DNA of 64,000 nucleotides from Mobula birostris (Eukaryota). The notes beneath the pieces were generated by a model, which saw only the letters and a program-made list of their open reading frames with translations, did not search any database and had not been told where the DNA came from. Below are positions 37,185 to 49,894 of this stretch, piece by piece (the stretch's first letter is position 1; the number at the start of each line of letters is the position of its first letter). The stretch is taken from contig NC_092375.1 of NCBI RefSeq assembly GCF_030028105.1, positions 39,283,130-39,347,129 of the forward strand, given 5' to 3'. Position numbers and translations under genes: made by a program.

Positions 37185-37620
37185 TTTTGCTGGAGTGTCA
37201 GAAGCTTACAGCAGACCTGATAAAAGACAAATTTGGATAATTTTTGCTAGAATGGCAGAGGCTGAGGTGAGTGATAAAGGTATACAAAATTATGAGAGCT
37301 ATAGAAAGAGTCTTTTTTCCCAGGATGGAAATGTCAAGTACTAGAGAATATAAATTTAAGGCGAGAAGGGGAAAGTTTAAAGGAGATTTATAGGGTAAGC
37401 ATTTTTTATAGTGAGTAGTAGGGACCTGGAATGAGCTGTCATGACAAGTGGTAAAAGCAGATACGATAGTGATGTTTAAGAAGCGTTTATCCAGGCACTT
37501 GAAAAGTAAAAGAGGGACATGGACCTTGTTTCAGCAGATGGATTAACTGACTGTGATAATGGTTGTGACAGAGATTGTAGGCCAGAGGGGCTGTTCCTGT
37601 GCTGTACCGTTCATTGTTCT
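37185..37620 (+). mobile_element. Decayed CR1 3' region
   Basis: gctgaggtgagtgataaaggtatacaaaattatgagag...ggaaagtttaaaggagat...ggccagaggggctgttcctgtgctgta. Confidence 0.75.
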
Positions 37621-37649
37621 AAATTACTCCTCGTATTCATGCAATAACA

Positions 37650-38700
37650 CCAATTCAACAAAATGGATGACAAACTGACTTCATACTTCTGTGGTTAGTA
37701 AACAAGACTTCGGCTCCCAATCTACTAATATTAGTAGAACATTTGTAGATGAATAAATTATATCTGGGTAATTCTGAATTTATTTGAGCGGAATTCTAGA
37801 TATCCAGCTTTTGTGATAAAGTTTCAATCAAGCAAAAAGTACGTGATACACATTCAAAATAAAAACAATCCACTGCGTTGGGATAAATTTCAATAATTTT
37901 CAAATCTTGATGGCACTGTTTACCAAAAAGAATAACGTATTTGTCGATTAAAATAAGCAACATTTTGTGCTTACCTGAAATGACTGATGTTCACAAGATG
38001 CGTTTTAGCTGTTACGTTGTCTTTAGTTCGACAAAAATACTCTCCAGTTATTAACTACCACACACTAACTCTATTTAAATCCTCACAACAATTGTGAAGG
38101 AATACATCAACTTGTATCTCATTCATGAATACATTTCAGAATCAGTAGATGACAGATGAATATTCTTGTTGAGTTGAATAGAAGTTTTACGAAAACCTAC
38201 ATTTTCTGAAAACGCCCGTTGTGTTGTTTCTTGTTAATTGATCATTGTATTTCCTCTTTAAAAACGTTATTCTGACAATAGTTCTCATTTTATCGTATTT
38301 GCACACCAATGACACAACATACGTATTTTGTATCAGTGTAAAAAGTTTCCAAGGAATTTTTACAACTGCGCAGCATGCTTTTGCTGTTCAGAAACCACTC
38401 TGAAACAACCAAATACACAACAATTTAATTATTTTAGTTTACAGTTATAAGATAGCCAACAATCATTCCTTTAAATGTACCTGTCAGTCCTTCAGCAGAA
38501 ATCCTTCTTGGTATTTATGAGCGTAAAACCATTTACAAAAACCAAGACCAGCAGAGCACAGCGTTAGCACCAGTAGAAGACAGTACAGGGGCAGGTGCAC
38601 ATTGAGGAGGCAGCATGACCCGGAAGCTATATTTACCCACACCTTCGAAGTGCAGTCATCCATTTGTTTACACTTTCAATTCATGTAGACTTTAAAACAA
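37650..38700. promoter_or_regulatory. Candidate regulatory island (repeat-free, CpG-retaining, ETS/RUNX/E-box motifs)
   Basis: TGTGGTT at 37690, ACCACA at 38057, CAGGTG at 38592, CCGGAAG at 38620; visibly more CpG than neighbouring AT-rich unique DNA. Motifs this short also occur by chance. Confidence 0.3.
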
Positions 38701-38949
38701 CACATCAGCTGCACAATGTTTCAGAGACTCAGAAAAACATTCTCAAAAGCGAAGAGAGAATATTCTGCCTATCACACCTGTGCAAAAAAATAGTGACATT
38801 CAATGATCTTTCCTGGATTTGCCACACAGCTCCTCGGCGCCTTCCATCGCTGGTAGAAAATCTTTCTTAGTTCCCTCCAATACTTCTATCAATTTCTCTA
38901 AAATTTATTCCGCTCTGTTTTTGATCATACTGCTTAGGGGAATACTTTA

Positions 38950-39720
38950 TTTGAACATGGAACAAATAACAGGGAACATGGAACTACGATTTTGATGCTG
39001 ACATTGTGCCAATTTAAACTGCACATTTGCCTGGATTATCTCCCCCAATTCCCTCCCTCTTCACATGTCTGTTGTTAATGTTCCTGCTTCCAGCATCTCC
39101 CCTAGGTGCATGTTTCAGACATCTACCTCTCTCTTGTGAAAAAAACTTAATGTCTTTTAAACATTCCCCCTCTCCCCAGTAAAGCTACACCTTCTAAATT
39201 TGACATTTCCATCTAGGAAAAAAGAGTATGCACCCATTGGACGCCTTTCTAATTTTATTTACCAGCATCAGCTCTTCCCTCTGTCTCTGACTCCCAGAGA
39301 AAACAACCCAAGTTTGTCCAGCTTCTTATTGTTGATGGTCTCTAACCCAGGCAGCATCCTGACAAATGTCTCCTGCGTAACCACCCTTCCTGTGGCAACT
39401 AGAACTGCACACAATACTCCGACTGTGACTTAACCAAAGCTTAATTCAGAGCACAGGACGCAGTTTTGCTTCTCTTTTTTCAAGAAAGTATTGAAGATAT
39501 TGCAATTCAGATTCACTAGGCACATTCCCAGGATGTGAGGGTTGCTCTGTCAGGAGCAGCTAAAGAAATTAGATCCAAATTCTCCACAGATTAGAAGAAT
39601 GAGGGGGGAAGGTAGGGGACTGGGGCTGAGAGGAAAACTAGATCAGCCATGATGAAATGGTGGAACAGAATCAATGGGCCAAATGGCCTAATTCTGCTTC
39701 TATGTCGTATGGTCTTGTGA
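38950..39720. mobile_element. Two decayed CR1 3' fragments (minus ~38950-39450; plus ~39520-39720)
   Basis: CR1 3' motifs aactgcacacaatactcc (minus) and gatcagccatgat...gggccaaatggcctaattctgct (plus). Confidence 0.7.
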
Positions 39721-39905
39721 TCTTGTGGAAACATATAAAATACTTAGGGAGCACGACAGGACAGACGTTTAGATGTTTCCACTGGTGGGAGATTCTCAAA
39801 CCAGCTGACGTAATTACAAAATTAGGGTTGGTAATTTAAGTGGTCATTACAATGCATACAATTTTTGACTTTTTTTTACTTCTGCCATTGTTCAGGATGC
39901 CCATG

Positions 39906-40367
39906 TTTATTTCATTAGGCCATCCATTGGATCACGGATGTCTACGTGATACACAAGCCAGGGCTGTACAATGTGAAGAGCAAGCTGTTGCCCATACAGC
40001 AGGCTCCCCCGCCCCGCATGCAGACGATGAATCCAAAAGAACTTCCGAGACCGATACAGTTTGGCACCAGCAGCGTGGCAGGAATTGCCGGTCAGCATTG
40101 AACTCAATGTCGGACCCCAGCCCTGGACTTTTCCGCGGGGTTTACTCCCAAAGCCTTCCCCATGAGTGGGTATAGCCACAAGGCAGCAGCGGTTTCAGAT
40201 CAGAGTTTTCCTTCTCCTAGATGAAGTGCCGGCCGTGGCTGACGAGCCCCATTTGTCCAAAGTGACTGGTTTTAAGGTGCCAGTAACCTGCCCTTGCCCT
40301 CTCTCCTGTCAGTAGAAACAGTTCCACCAGGTTTAGTAGCTGAGTCCCAAGTGAAGGCCAGGAGCTG
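39906..40367 (-). mobile_element. Non-autonomous RTE-clade-derived element
   Basis: Collinear homology of 39914-40075 with the tail of SINE 12754-13066 (GTTGCCCAT..., CCGATACAGTTTGGCACCAG). RTE assignment is from recalled consensus. Confidence 0.6.
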
Positions 40368-40384
40368 AAACTCCCCAAACAGTG

Positions 40385-41095
40385 GCCTAACTAATGTTGT
40401 TTCCAGTTCCAGCATCTCTTCCTGACTCTCATGCTCTATGCCTCAGCAAAGGAGGGAAAGCATCCCGTGTGACATTTAAACACCCTATCCACCAATCCTG
40501 CTGGACATCCAATGCAAGGTCAGTTTGGTCTTCCGCACACCTCATTATCCTTCTGTTTATCATGTATCATCTTGCTTTGTTACACCTTCCCAAAGTCATT
40601 ATATCACAGTTTTCTAGGTTAAATTCCATACAGCCAATTTTTGTATCATCGGAAAATTAATTTAACCACTGATCTACTTATTGCAGAAAAGCAAGGGAAC
40701 CAAGTAACGGGCCCTGTGGAACCCCAGTGATAACAGCCTGATAGTCCAGTCTACCATTACATGCGTGCCTAACTAATAAAGCCAAACACGCCATACTCCT
40801 TCTTTACCACCATTTATTATCACTTTTTGTTTCCACTTGCTTCCTGTCAGTCTCAAATGCAATTTGCCATTTGCCATTAAATCCTACGGCTTTTGTGACT
40901 AGCCTGCCAGGTGGCATCTTGTCAGAAGCCTTGATAAATCCAGTTGGATTTCAACACATTACTTTCGACGATGCTCATTGTCACCACCTCAAGATAAGTC
41001 GATGAAGTTTGTCAAATGTGACCTTCCTTTAGCAATTTCATGCTGACTGTTTAATCTGTTGGCCCAAATGAAGATTTATCTTGTCCCATGTAATT
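40385..41095 (-). mobile_element. Decayed CR1 RT region
   Basis: gcttctgacaagatgccac (KAFDKVP-like) and cactggggttccacagggcccg (GVPQG) on the minus strand. Confidence 0.7.
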
Positions 41096-41105
41096 GTTTC
41101 AATAA

Positions 41106-41655
41106 TTGCGTGGTGGAGAGTATATGACTGGATGCATCATGGCCTGGTGTAGGAACACCAATGCCCTTGAATGGAAAATCCTACAGCCCAGTCCATCACA
41201 GGTAAAGCCCTCCCCACCATTGAGCATATTTACAAAGAGCGGTGTGGCAGAAAAACAGCATCCATCATCAAGGAACACTCCCCCCCCCCACCTTCCAGAA
41301 CATGCTCTTTTCTTGTTGCTGCCAGGAGATGCAGGAGCCTCAGGTCCCACACCACCATGTTCAGGAACAGTTAATACCCCTCTAGATAGGATAACTTCTC
41401 TCAGCCCAACACTGAACTGATTCCACAATCTATTGACTCACTCTTAAAGACTCTGCAGCTCATATTCTCAGTATTTTTTGCTTATTTACTGATGATTATT
41501 ATTTTTCTCTTTGTTGTATTTACAAAGTTTGTTGTCTTTTGCACATTTTTTGTCCATCTTTGTTGTATGCAGTTTTACATTGATTCTCTTGTGTTTCTTT
41601 GTATCTACAGTGAATGCCTGCAAGAAAAGGACTCTCAGGGTTGTATATAGTGACA
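41106..41655 (+). mobile_element. Rex1/Babar-type LINE 3' end
   Basis: GTGGAGAGTATATGACTGGATGCATCATGGCCTGGT...CACACCACCATGTTCAGGAACAGTTA. Confidence 0.75.
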
Positions 41656-41657
41656 TA

Positions 41658-42153
41658 CAAGTGGAGATTGATAAGTTCATGGCCTAAGGTAGAAGGAGTC
41701 AATTTTAGAAAACCCAGCACATTTATTTTTCAACATAGTCCCCCCTACATTTACACACTTAGTCCAGTGGTCGCAGAGCATACAGATCCCTTCTTTGTAA
41801 AAGTCGGCATCTTGGACCTCCAGAAAGTGGTCCACAGCAGGGGTTGTTGATAAGTTATACAGCTCTTGTTACATGCACATGCAGTTCAACTCTTTGAGTG
41901 ATTATGCAGAAAGTTTGAAGTTAATAACTCATCTCCTTCTACCTTAGGCCACAAACTTATCAATAACCCCTGCTGTGGACCACTTTCTGGAGGTCCAAGA
42001 CACTGACTTCTACAAAGAAGGGATCCGTATGCTCCACAACCGCTGGACTAAGTGTGTAAATGTAGGAGAGAACTATGTTGAAAAATAAATGTGCTAGGTT
42101 TTCTAAAATTGACTCCTTCTACCTTAGGCCACAAACTTATCAATCACCCCTCG
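41658..42153. mobile_element. Mariner/Tc1-derived MITE with ~195-bp inverted arms and internal extra TIR copies
   Basis: TIR GATTGATAAGTT...GGCCTAAGGTAGAAGGAG at both ends, TA at left flank. Arms carry a mariner transposase C-terminus (FYKEGIRMLHNRWTKCVNVGENYVEK*). Confidence 0.85.
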
Positions 42154-43454
42154 GGTAAGGACTTTGATAATTAATTCACTTTGAAATTTATATAATGGAA
42201 AGTTTATCACATTGATAGGAAGGACCACTGTAAATTGCGCACAACCACATAAGATGTGGAGTAGAATCCACTAGTAAAGATTTAAGGAGCTTGAATGCTG
42301 TCTTTCCTGAGGCCAACTTCACTGATATGTTTATGGAAATAGCCACAATTCAGTTTATACCCAGAAGTCAGTCCCTCCCTTCCTCCACCATTTTCTCCAA
42401 CACCAAATCTTTTGAGGCATCTCCACCAAATGGCCAGTAGTGGCCACCGGTGATACATTTAAATTTGGAGTTACTAGCCAAGACTGTAAGTACTGGAATT
42501 CCTTTCCTAAATCCTCTGTCTTTGTCTCACTTTCTTCCTCTGAGATGCTTTTCAAAACCATCTTCTTTGACCGAGCTTTTGGTAAACTACCTAGTATCTT
42601 AAGGCCTAGCAATAACTTTTCATTTAATAATTCCCTTGACTGCTTCCTTGTGATGCTTTTGTCATCTTAAAGATGTTTTCTGATGGCCCACACCTCACCT
42701 TCCATAACAGAAGAAAGCAGAAGCCATCCATACCTGTACGCTTCAGTCTAAACTCAGGGTTTTGGCTAGTAGAAAGATTGCTGAGAAGGGTTTGGAGATC
42801 GTCTCAGTAGTCTTGCAATCTGTCTCCCAATATATTATCAAAACTGTAGAGGGGTCACCCTGGAGAACTGTCAATGCTTTGTGGGACCTGAATCTGTTGC
42901 CCTCTCAGGAGAGGGCATCCTTCCTGTTTACCAGTACCCAGCCAGCCAGCCAGCAATGCCCAGAACACTGCAGCTCATGGTCAGAGCGGGCAGTGCCAGC
43001 TACAGCTCTCTAGACTCAAAGCAGCTCAACTTCATCCTACATGGACCATTTGCTGTTGACTGCAATGCATGTCAAAGCCTGAATCAGCATTGTTGCGGGG
43101 ACACTGGAAGGACAAAGCCAGATCTAAAGGAATCCAGAACAATTGATCTTTGGAATATATTTGCATGTTGTATGGCTACCTTAGTTTGAACTGTTTATTT
43201 TGTCTTGTCTCTTATTATTCTGTGTAGCCAGGTGAATGCAATCTTGTCAGCATTTGAGGGAAAGTGAAATAGAAAGTTTTGTTAAAAGAAGTCTTTGGCA
43301 GTGCTCATTGGTATAGAGGAGACATGAGTTGGCAAAAGGTCTTCTCCAATCAACATCCCATCATGGAAGGAGCTGACTTGTAGCTTCCCTTTTGCTACCT
43401 CCACTTGTTACTCTTGCTCATGTTCCCGAGATACTTGTCATTCATCTGGCTCAC

Positions 43455-43770
43455 TACTCATTGTCGACAATACTCCAAGTGCGGCCTGGTTAGTGTCTTA
43501 TAAAGCTTCAGCATTATCTCCTTGTTCTTATATTCTATTCCCCTTGAAATAAATGCCAACAATGCATTTGCCTTTTTTTTTTACCACAGACTCAACCTGT
43601 AAGTTAACCTTCTGGGAGTCTTGCACAGGGACTCCTAAGTCCCCCTGTACCTCTGATGTTTCAACTTCCTCCCCATTTAGATAGTAGTGTGTACTTTTGT
43701 TCCTTTTACCAAAATGCATTATTGTACATTTTCCAACACTGTATTTCATCTGCCCTTTTTCCCCATCCTT
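43455..43770 (-). mobile_element. CR1 RT-downstream fragment
   Basis: ORF 43528..43749 MKYSVGKCTIMHFGKRNK...DLGVPVQDS. Confidence 0.85.
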
Positions 43771-44724
43771 CCAATATGCTCAGTGAAGACATAAATAGTG
43801 GATTGAGGATATTGTTGGAGGCATTTAGAGGAGTTGTTCTAAGAACACTCAGTGAGCAAGGCACCTTGACGAGAAGCTGTGTGCCTCTCTGGACTGCTTT
43901 TCTTCCCTATGTATCCACTGGTTGTGTAACCTATTGTGCTGCAGTAAGGATACTGATACTGCTGCAGCCATTTCTCGGAGAGGTTCAAGTAGTCCAGGAG
44001 ACCCATGATCTCACATGCTCCTCTTGCTGCTGATGCACCAAACTTTACGAGCATCTAAGAATTCTGGAAGCATTCTATGTTACCGTTAGCAACTCACCAT
44101 AATAATCCATTAACAATAAACCTGATGTTACGAGATTAACACGCAAATAGCTATGTTTCCTATTACTGAAAGGTTATTCAGCTGTGAAAGGTTAACTTGC
44201 TGTAATGTTCTTCCCGATGTGGCACCCTGTACTATTCCCAACATAGGGTGCACTTTGGCATCAAATGGAACCCATTCAGAACTAGTGTCCTTTAAACAAC
44301 CAATATTCTGCTATAGTTTGCAGCCACAATCTAAACAGGTACATCATTTTTATTATGGTAAACACTTTAGAATGTTAACACCCATTTTTTTCTGTTGCAA
44401 GCACTGAAAGCAGAGTGTGTTTTCATAAGAAGGCATCATGATATCAATATTTTGATCAATACCAGATCTGGTTGGCTCAGGTAATTAGGAAAGTTCCCTA
44501 TCACAGACTCATGAGATCCTGTCACACACACACACAGTATGTGAGAGGAGAAAAGCAAAAATTAACTACAGCCTCAGTGCTGGGAATGTCGGCACATTGG
44601 TTTACTTATCATTCTGATGAACCTGGAGGACTTCGGGGTGACCAGAGGTGCCTGTTGTGCATGTTCCAGGTCTCAGAAGTACATATGAGGTCAGAGATCC
44701 CTGCTGCCCATGACCAGTCAAAGT

Positions 44725-44970
44725 GAAGAATGATGTCGGCAGCCTAAGGGCCATGCGCGGGGAGAACACACATTTCTGAATGGACAATGAACCTATGAAT
44801 ACTACCTCACTACTTTTTTATTTCTATTTTGGGACTACTTATATAATTTAACTGTTTATCCATTGTAATTCAGTTTTTTTCTATTATTATGCATTGTCTT
44901 GAACTACTGCTGCAAAGACAGCAAATTTCATAACATATGCCAGTGATATTAAACCAGATTCTGACTCTGA
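44725..44970 (+). mobile_element. Rex1-type 3' tail fragment
   Basis: aatggacaatgaacctatgaatactacctcactac...gatattaaaccagattctgactctga, same tail as 12170-12386. Confidence 0.75.
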
Positions 44971-45519
44971 AGACTGGAAGAAATAGCGAAAGGGGTACAC
45001 CATCTCATCATCTGCCTATCCACCCAACAGGTACCCCTGACTCATCTGCAGCTCCTTCGTCTGGCTCATCTGTCATCTGAGAATTCATAAAACCAAAATG
45101 GAAGTAACTAGTTTTCAGACCCAAGAGACTGCCTAAGAAAAAGGAGAATTGACAAACAGCAAGCCTTTGCCATTGAGGGAGAACAGAATAACACTGTTCC
45201 TATTGTTGGGGCATTGAAAGCAAGAGCCTCCAGGTTCAGATAAAACAAAAAAGGATAGATGACAGGCATTGAATTCTGGGCAGTATTCAGAGTGCAAGGG
45301 GTTAATGGAGTAAGGTACAAGAATAACGAAGTGAATATTAAAAATTGAAAGATATTAAGGAACTACAAACATAGTTCACGTAACATTGTAAACTTATTGT
45401 TAAGGCTGTGACCCATTTAAGACTTGTGCCATGTCTCACTGTTCTTTGAAAAATGTTTGTAAAAAAATTTACGGAAGCAGTCAAAGCGAACTACGCAAAC
45501 TTCATATGTATGTAGATAT

Positions 45520-46530
45520 GTAAATATAGGGTCCATGTAAGTTAGGTGTAGAGATGTTGGATGAGATAAAATTTGACTGAAAGGAAAGGCTTGATAGCTT
45601 CCCATCATTCAACATGAATAAATCGTTTGGCTCAGCTAGGCTGAACTCTCTGACACTGGGACAATAAGGGTGGAGGTTACAGAAGCTGTGACCACAATCT
45701 TGCAGAACTTCAAGTATATAAAACTGATTCCAAAGGATTAGAGAATAGCGGATGTTAAACCCATTAAAAAAAAGTATAAAACTTTTGACAGACACAATCA
45801 GTCTTGTCAGTGGTAGGAAACCCAAAAGAAGCCTTTCTCTATGACAGAGTTAACTCTCACTTAGTGAACCATGAGTTAGTTTGTATTTCAACTAGGTAGT
45901 GTTGCACTAATCTAAGTGATTCTTTGAAGAAGGTAATGCGGTAGATACTGTACATCTGGGCACTCAAAGGCATTTGATAAAGTACCACATTACAAATCAA
46001 TTCAGGAAACAGAAGAGGCTAACATTAAAAGACTTATTTGATTGGCAGACAGTCTGGTTGAGAATGGCAGTGATGAATAAGCATTTTCTTGACTGGGGAG
46101 AACAGATTCCTTCAGGAGAGTGCAATCGGACCACTAATTCTCTTGCATTGTACAAAAAGAGTGCAATTTCAAAGGTTGTAGTTGGTTCAGTCGAGACAAT
46201 GTGTTGGTGAGGAAACTGGTGGCCGGAGGACCAGTGATATTATCAGGCACAAGGCAAGTACAATTTGGCATAACAAATGAAACATTTGGAAATAAATAAC
46301 ATGGATGTCTGCGTAACCTACCATCTTGTGGAGGATGCAGGAGTAAAAGCACCTGAACTCTTGAAGGTGGAAGGATAAATGGGTAAGGCCATTAGAAAAG
46401 TGTACTTGTCCTTATAGTTTGGGCACTGAATGCAAAAATAAGGAGGCTATGCCTCCTTTGACAAGTCTCTGATAAGGCTTCAATTAGAGATCCTAATTGC
46501 TGTTGACAGCTGCGTTGTAGAAAACGAGAA
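45520..46530 (+). mobile_element. Highly decayed CR1 ORF2 relic
   Basis: gaatagcggatgttaaacccatt (ANVTPL-like), tacatctgggcactcaaaggcatttgataaagtaccacat (KAFDKVPH). Confidence 0.65.
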
Positions 46531-47274
46531 CCATTTTACAGACAAAATAGGGAAGCTTCTAACCTATTTTTGTTTGCATTTACACTGAGAAAAGATTTAT
46601 TGCATAAATATTGAGATAAAGGTTAGCTTTATTTGTCAGATGTACAATGAAACATACAGTAAATGTGTTGAAACATGCTGTAAAATGAAGTGAATATGGT
46701 TGATGGTGATTAATTTGATTGAACACCGATACCACTATCAACAAGAAGTGCTTACTAGTACAACATTTTAGACGTACAATAGCTCGTACTGTGCTAAACT
46801 GTTCTTGATTTTCCATTCATCTCCAAAGCAAGGCTACAGAAGATGAAGACACATCATCATATAGTAGAAATCGTGTCGAGACTGGCTTAGAGTCATCACA
46901 AAGGGTTAGTCAGGACTACACTAGGCAGGAGGGAGTTCAGGAATGAAAAATATTGCGACAATCAGATTTTTTTTGAGAGAAAACAAGATATTCCAAAACA
47001 TTAGGAAACAAATATGTTCTCTATTTGGCACTGGATTTAAAATAATTGGAAGGAAGTCCATGTGGAGATAACGATTATTTTCAACAAATGTCATAACAAT
47101 TAAAGAGTAGTTGGGTGTAACTCTAGCAGCCCAGTTGAACAGTTCATAGAGAAAAACCTCTCATGAGTTGGGGGGAGTGGGTCAGGATTAATCATATTCT
47201 CCTAATGTGATCTCAGATTTAAATATATATTGGACAATTTGACCTTGAAATTGTAGCCAAAACGTGAAAACATT

Positions 47275-47410
47275 AAAAGTCAAGAGATTCTGCAGATGCT
47301 GAAAACCCAGAGCAACACACGCAAAATGCTGGAGGAACTCAGCAGGCCAAGCAACATCTCTAGAAAGGAATAAACAGTCGACATTTTGGGCCAAGACCCT
47401 TCACCAACAA
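47275..47410 (-). repeat. PLE 3' terminal fragment with decayed hammerhead
   Basis: ctgcagatgctg...caacacacgcaaaatgctggaggaactcagcaggcc...cagtcgacattttgggccaagacccttca. Confidence 0.8.
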
Positions 47411-49409
47411 AGTTCTTTTCAGCTGAGCTCAAGCATGGATCAGGTTCAACACGGATAGTTGCAGAGTGGATTTCCTTCTGTGCTGCCAGTGACTTGCCAG
47501 GAGCCCAGTCTCAACACATATGATGTGTGTCATCCTCCACACAAACCTTGGTACTGGTGATTAGTGACAAATCTGTAAGTGTAAACGCCAAAATAGGTCG
47601 AAAGGTTCTCCATTTTGTCTGGAAAATGTTTCCCGACTCCTGCAATACAGCAGTCAGCAACAAGGTATCATATCAACGTAGCGTATCTGAGGAGAAATAG
47701 ACAGCAAGGACCCTGAAGAAAGGTTTCTGAGAGTGAGTTAAATTTCACAGGTCAAGCAGCAATATGGAGAACAATAAAGTTAAGAGTTCACATTGATGAC
47801 CATTTCAATTTCTGAGAGTGTGAGCAATCCTGACTATGATCTTGAGATCAGCATAACCACTTTTTTTTTGTTTCTGCTGCAGGTTTACCCTGGGACCAAT
47901 ACAAGTACCTACATTGCCCAGAAGGTGAAAATCAGGTCTCTCTCATTCTCAGAAATCCCTGCATTCGTTGTCTGAGAAAACAGTGCAGATTCCTGAGTGC
48001 CCCCGGCAGGACTTTACTAACCCAGTCACAGAACTACAGCAAACACTCATCCCTCAGTAGCTGGAGAGAGCTGGCATGAGCTTGCAAGGGCTACTTCCTG
48101 AGGGCACTGCTGTGGGTAAAAGTGCAACAATATCAGGAAACTGACCTTTAATATAACTGAAACATAGTAAAGTGGTCACAGGAAATTGCTTTTCACAATT
48201 TCTTTTATGGAGAATGTTGAAATAGTGATGGGAAGGTTGCCAATGCCAGAATAATGTCGCAGGTGAATTTCACACCCATGTTTGCAAGGTCCTTGCCTCG
48301 ATGATCCATGCCAATTCTAGTCTGCTGCAGCAAACAACCTTATAAATCTACATCCTGCACATTAGCCTCATCACAGCCACTGCGGTCCTTCTCCTGGGAG
48401 GAATGGAGAATGAATCACTACAGAACAAATCACTTAACACAGATTCCCAGTCTCCCCACCTGGTTTTAACCTGCATCACCATAGTGGGCATTTCAGAACA
48501 GGCTCCTTCCTGATTGACCAAACCCTCTGAGTGGCCAGCTCTCTATTTTTGGCATTTTCATGACAACACACATTGTAACAGTAGCAAATCATGAACCAGA
48601 ACACATACGGTCAAGGACTGCCTAAACCTAGATTCAACATGGACCGCAGCAGCTATTGCTGGCAATGCTGCTGTCTGACTTATCAATTGTCTGTATGCAG
48701 GCTGAGTGACATTTTGAACTAACTTATGGCATACAGAGTGATTGCAAAGGTCATTTGTTCATTATGCTTTGAGACATTGTGAATGTAAAATACAGTTTCT
48801 TTGTTACATTATATTCCTGCGCACTTTTATAAAAAGGCTATGAAATGGTCTAATAACTTGGTGCCATATTCCTTTATATGCTATTCCAGCAGTGCATTGA
48901 GCAATATGCTGCAAGGAATCTCAATTCCCAAACGTTCTAAAAGTATGATGTAAATGAATTATCAATCTATTAAAAATATCAGTGACAGAATTGCACTGGA
49001 TTTTAATTTGCTGAAGGACACAATGTTCGAACATGTATATTGATAAGCTCACAAAGTGCATTAGTTGACGGTGGTTTTACTGAAAAATATTTTCCGCAAT
49101 AACCCCATTCTTTTGTGAAGCCTACATAAACATTACAGAAACAGAGGGTATTTTTAACCATTTGTTTGAATCACCAGTTTTTTGATTACTTCAGCACCTC
49201 TTGTGACATCAACAGAGAAGTGGTGGAAAGCTGATTCACATTGTTTTTCCAGAGTCACTACCGCACTTTTGGTGAGGCTGCAGCAAAATGAGTAGAAGGT
49301 GCCCTACGGACAATCCCTTCTATTATTTCTGTAGTTATTACGGATAATTCAGTTCAAGAAAAGCATGAAACAAAATATACTAAATTGTCCATGATCATAA
49401 CTGCACACC

Positions 49410-49790
49410 CTAGATGAGGCCACCCTCAGGGTGGAGGAGCAACACCTTATATACCATCTGGGTAGCATCCAACCTGATCCCCAATCCCCACTCTGACCTT
49501 TTATCTCTTCTCACCTGCCTATTACTTCTCCTTGTGTCCCCTCCTCCTTCCACTCCCCTCTCCTATCAGATTCCTCCTTCTCCAGTCCTTGACCTTTCCC
49601 ACCCACCTGGCTTCACCTATCACCTTCCAGCTAGCCTCCTTCCTTCCCCTCCCCCTTCCCACATTTCCTTATTGTGACATCTACCCCTTTCCTTCTCTGT
49701 CCTGAAGAAAATTCTCAGCCCGAAGCGTTGACTATCTATTCATTTCTATAGATGCTGTCTGACCTGCTGAGTTCCTTTAGCATTTTGTGT
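49410..49790 (+). mobile_element. PLE 3' fragment (end of GIY-YIG ORF, pyrimidine-rich UTR, decayed hammerhead)
   Basis: ctcagggtggaggagcaacaccttata...ctgggtagcatccaacctgat matches 17452-17485; cctgaagaa...cccgaagcgttgact. Confidence 0.8.
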
Positions 49791-49894
49791 AGGTGGTTGT
49801 AGGTAGTGAATGCTATTGCTCTGCAGATGTCTCCTTGCTGGGCGATACTTTATTCATAGCAGCTAAGTACAATAACAACTCTGTTTATGGCTGA

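Noticed and set aside
37975-38060. TGEYFCRTKD, resembling an Ig-domain F strand
   Set aside because: In-frame stop just upstream, no Asp at the expected position, and no preceding Ig strands.
43839-44054. ORF MLVKFGASAARGACEIMGLLDYLNLSEKW... as a second retrocopy
   Set aside because: I could not match it to any protein I recognise; it abuts LINE debris. Needs BLAST.
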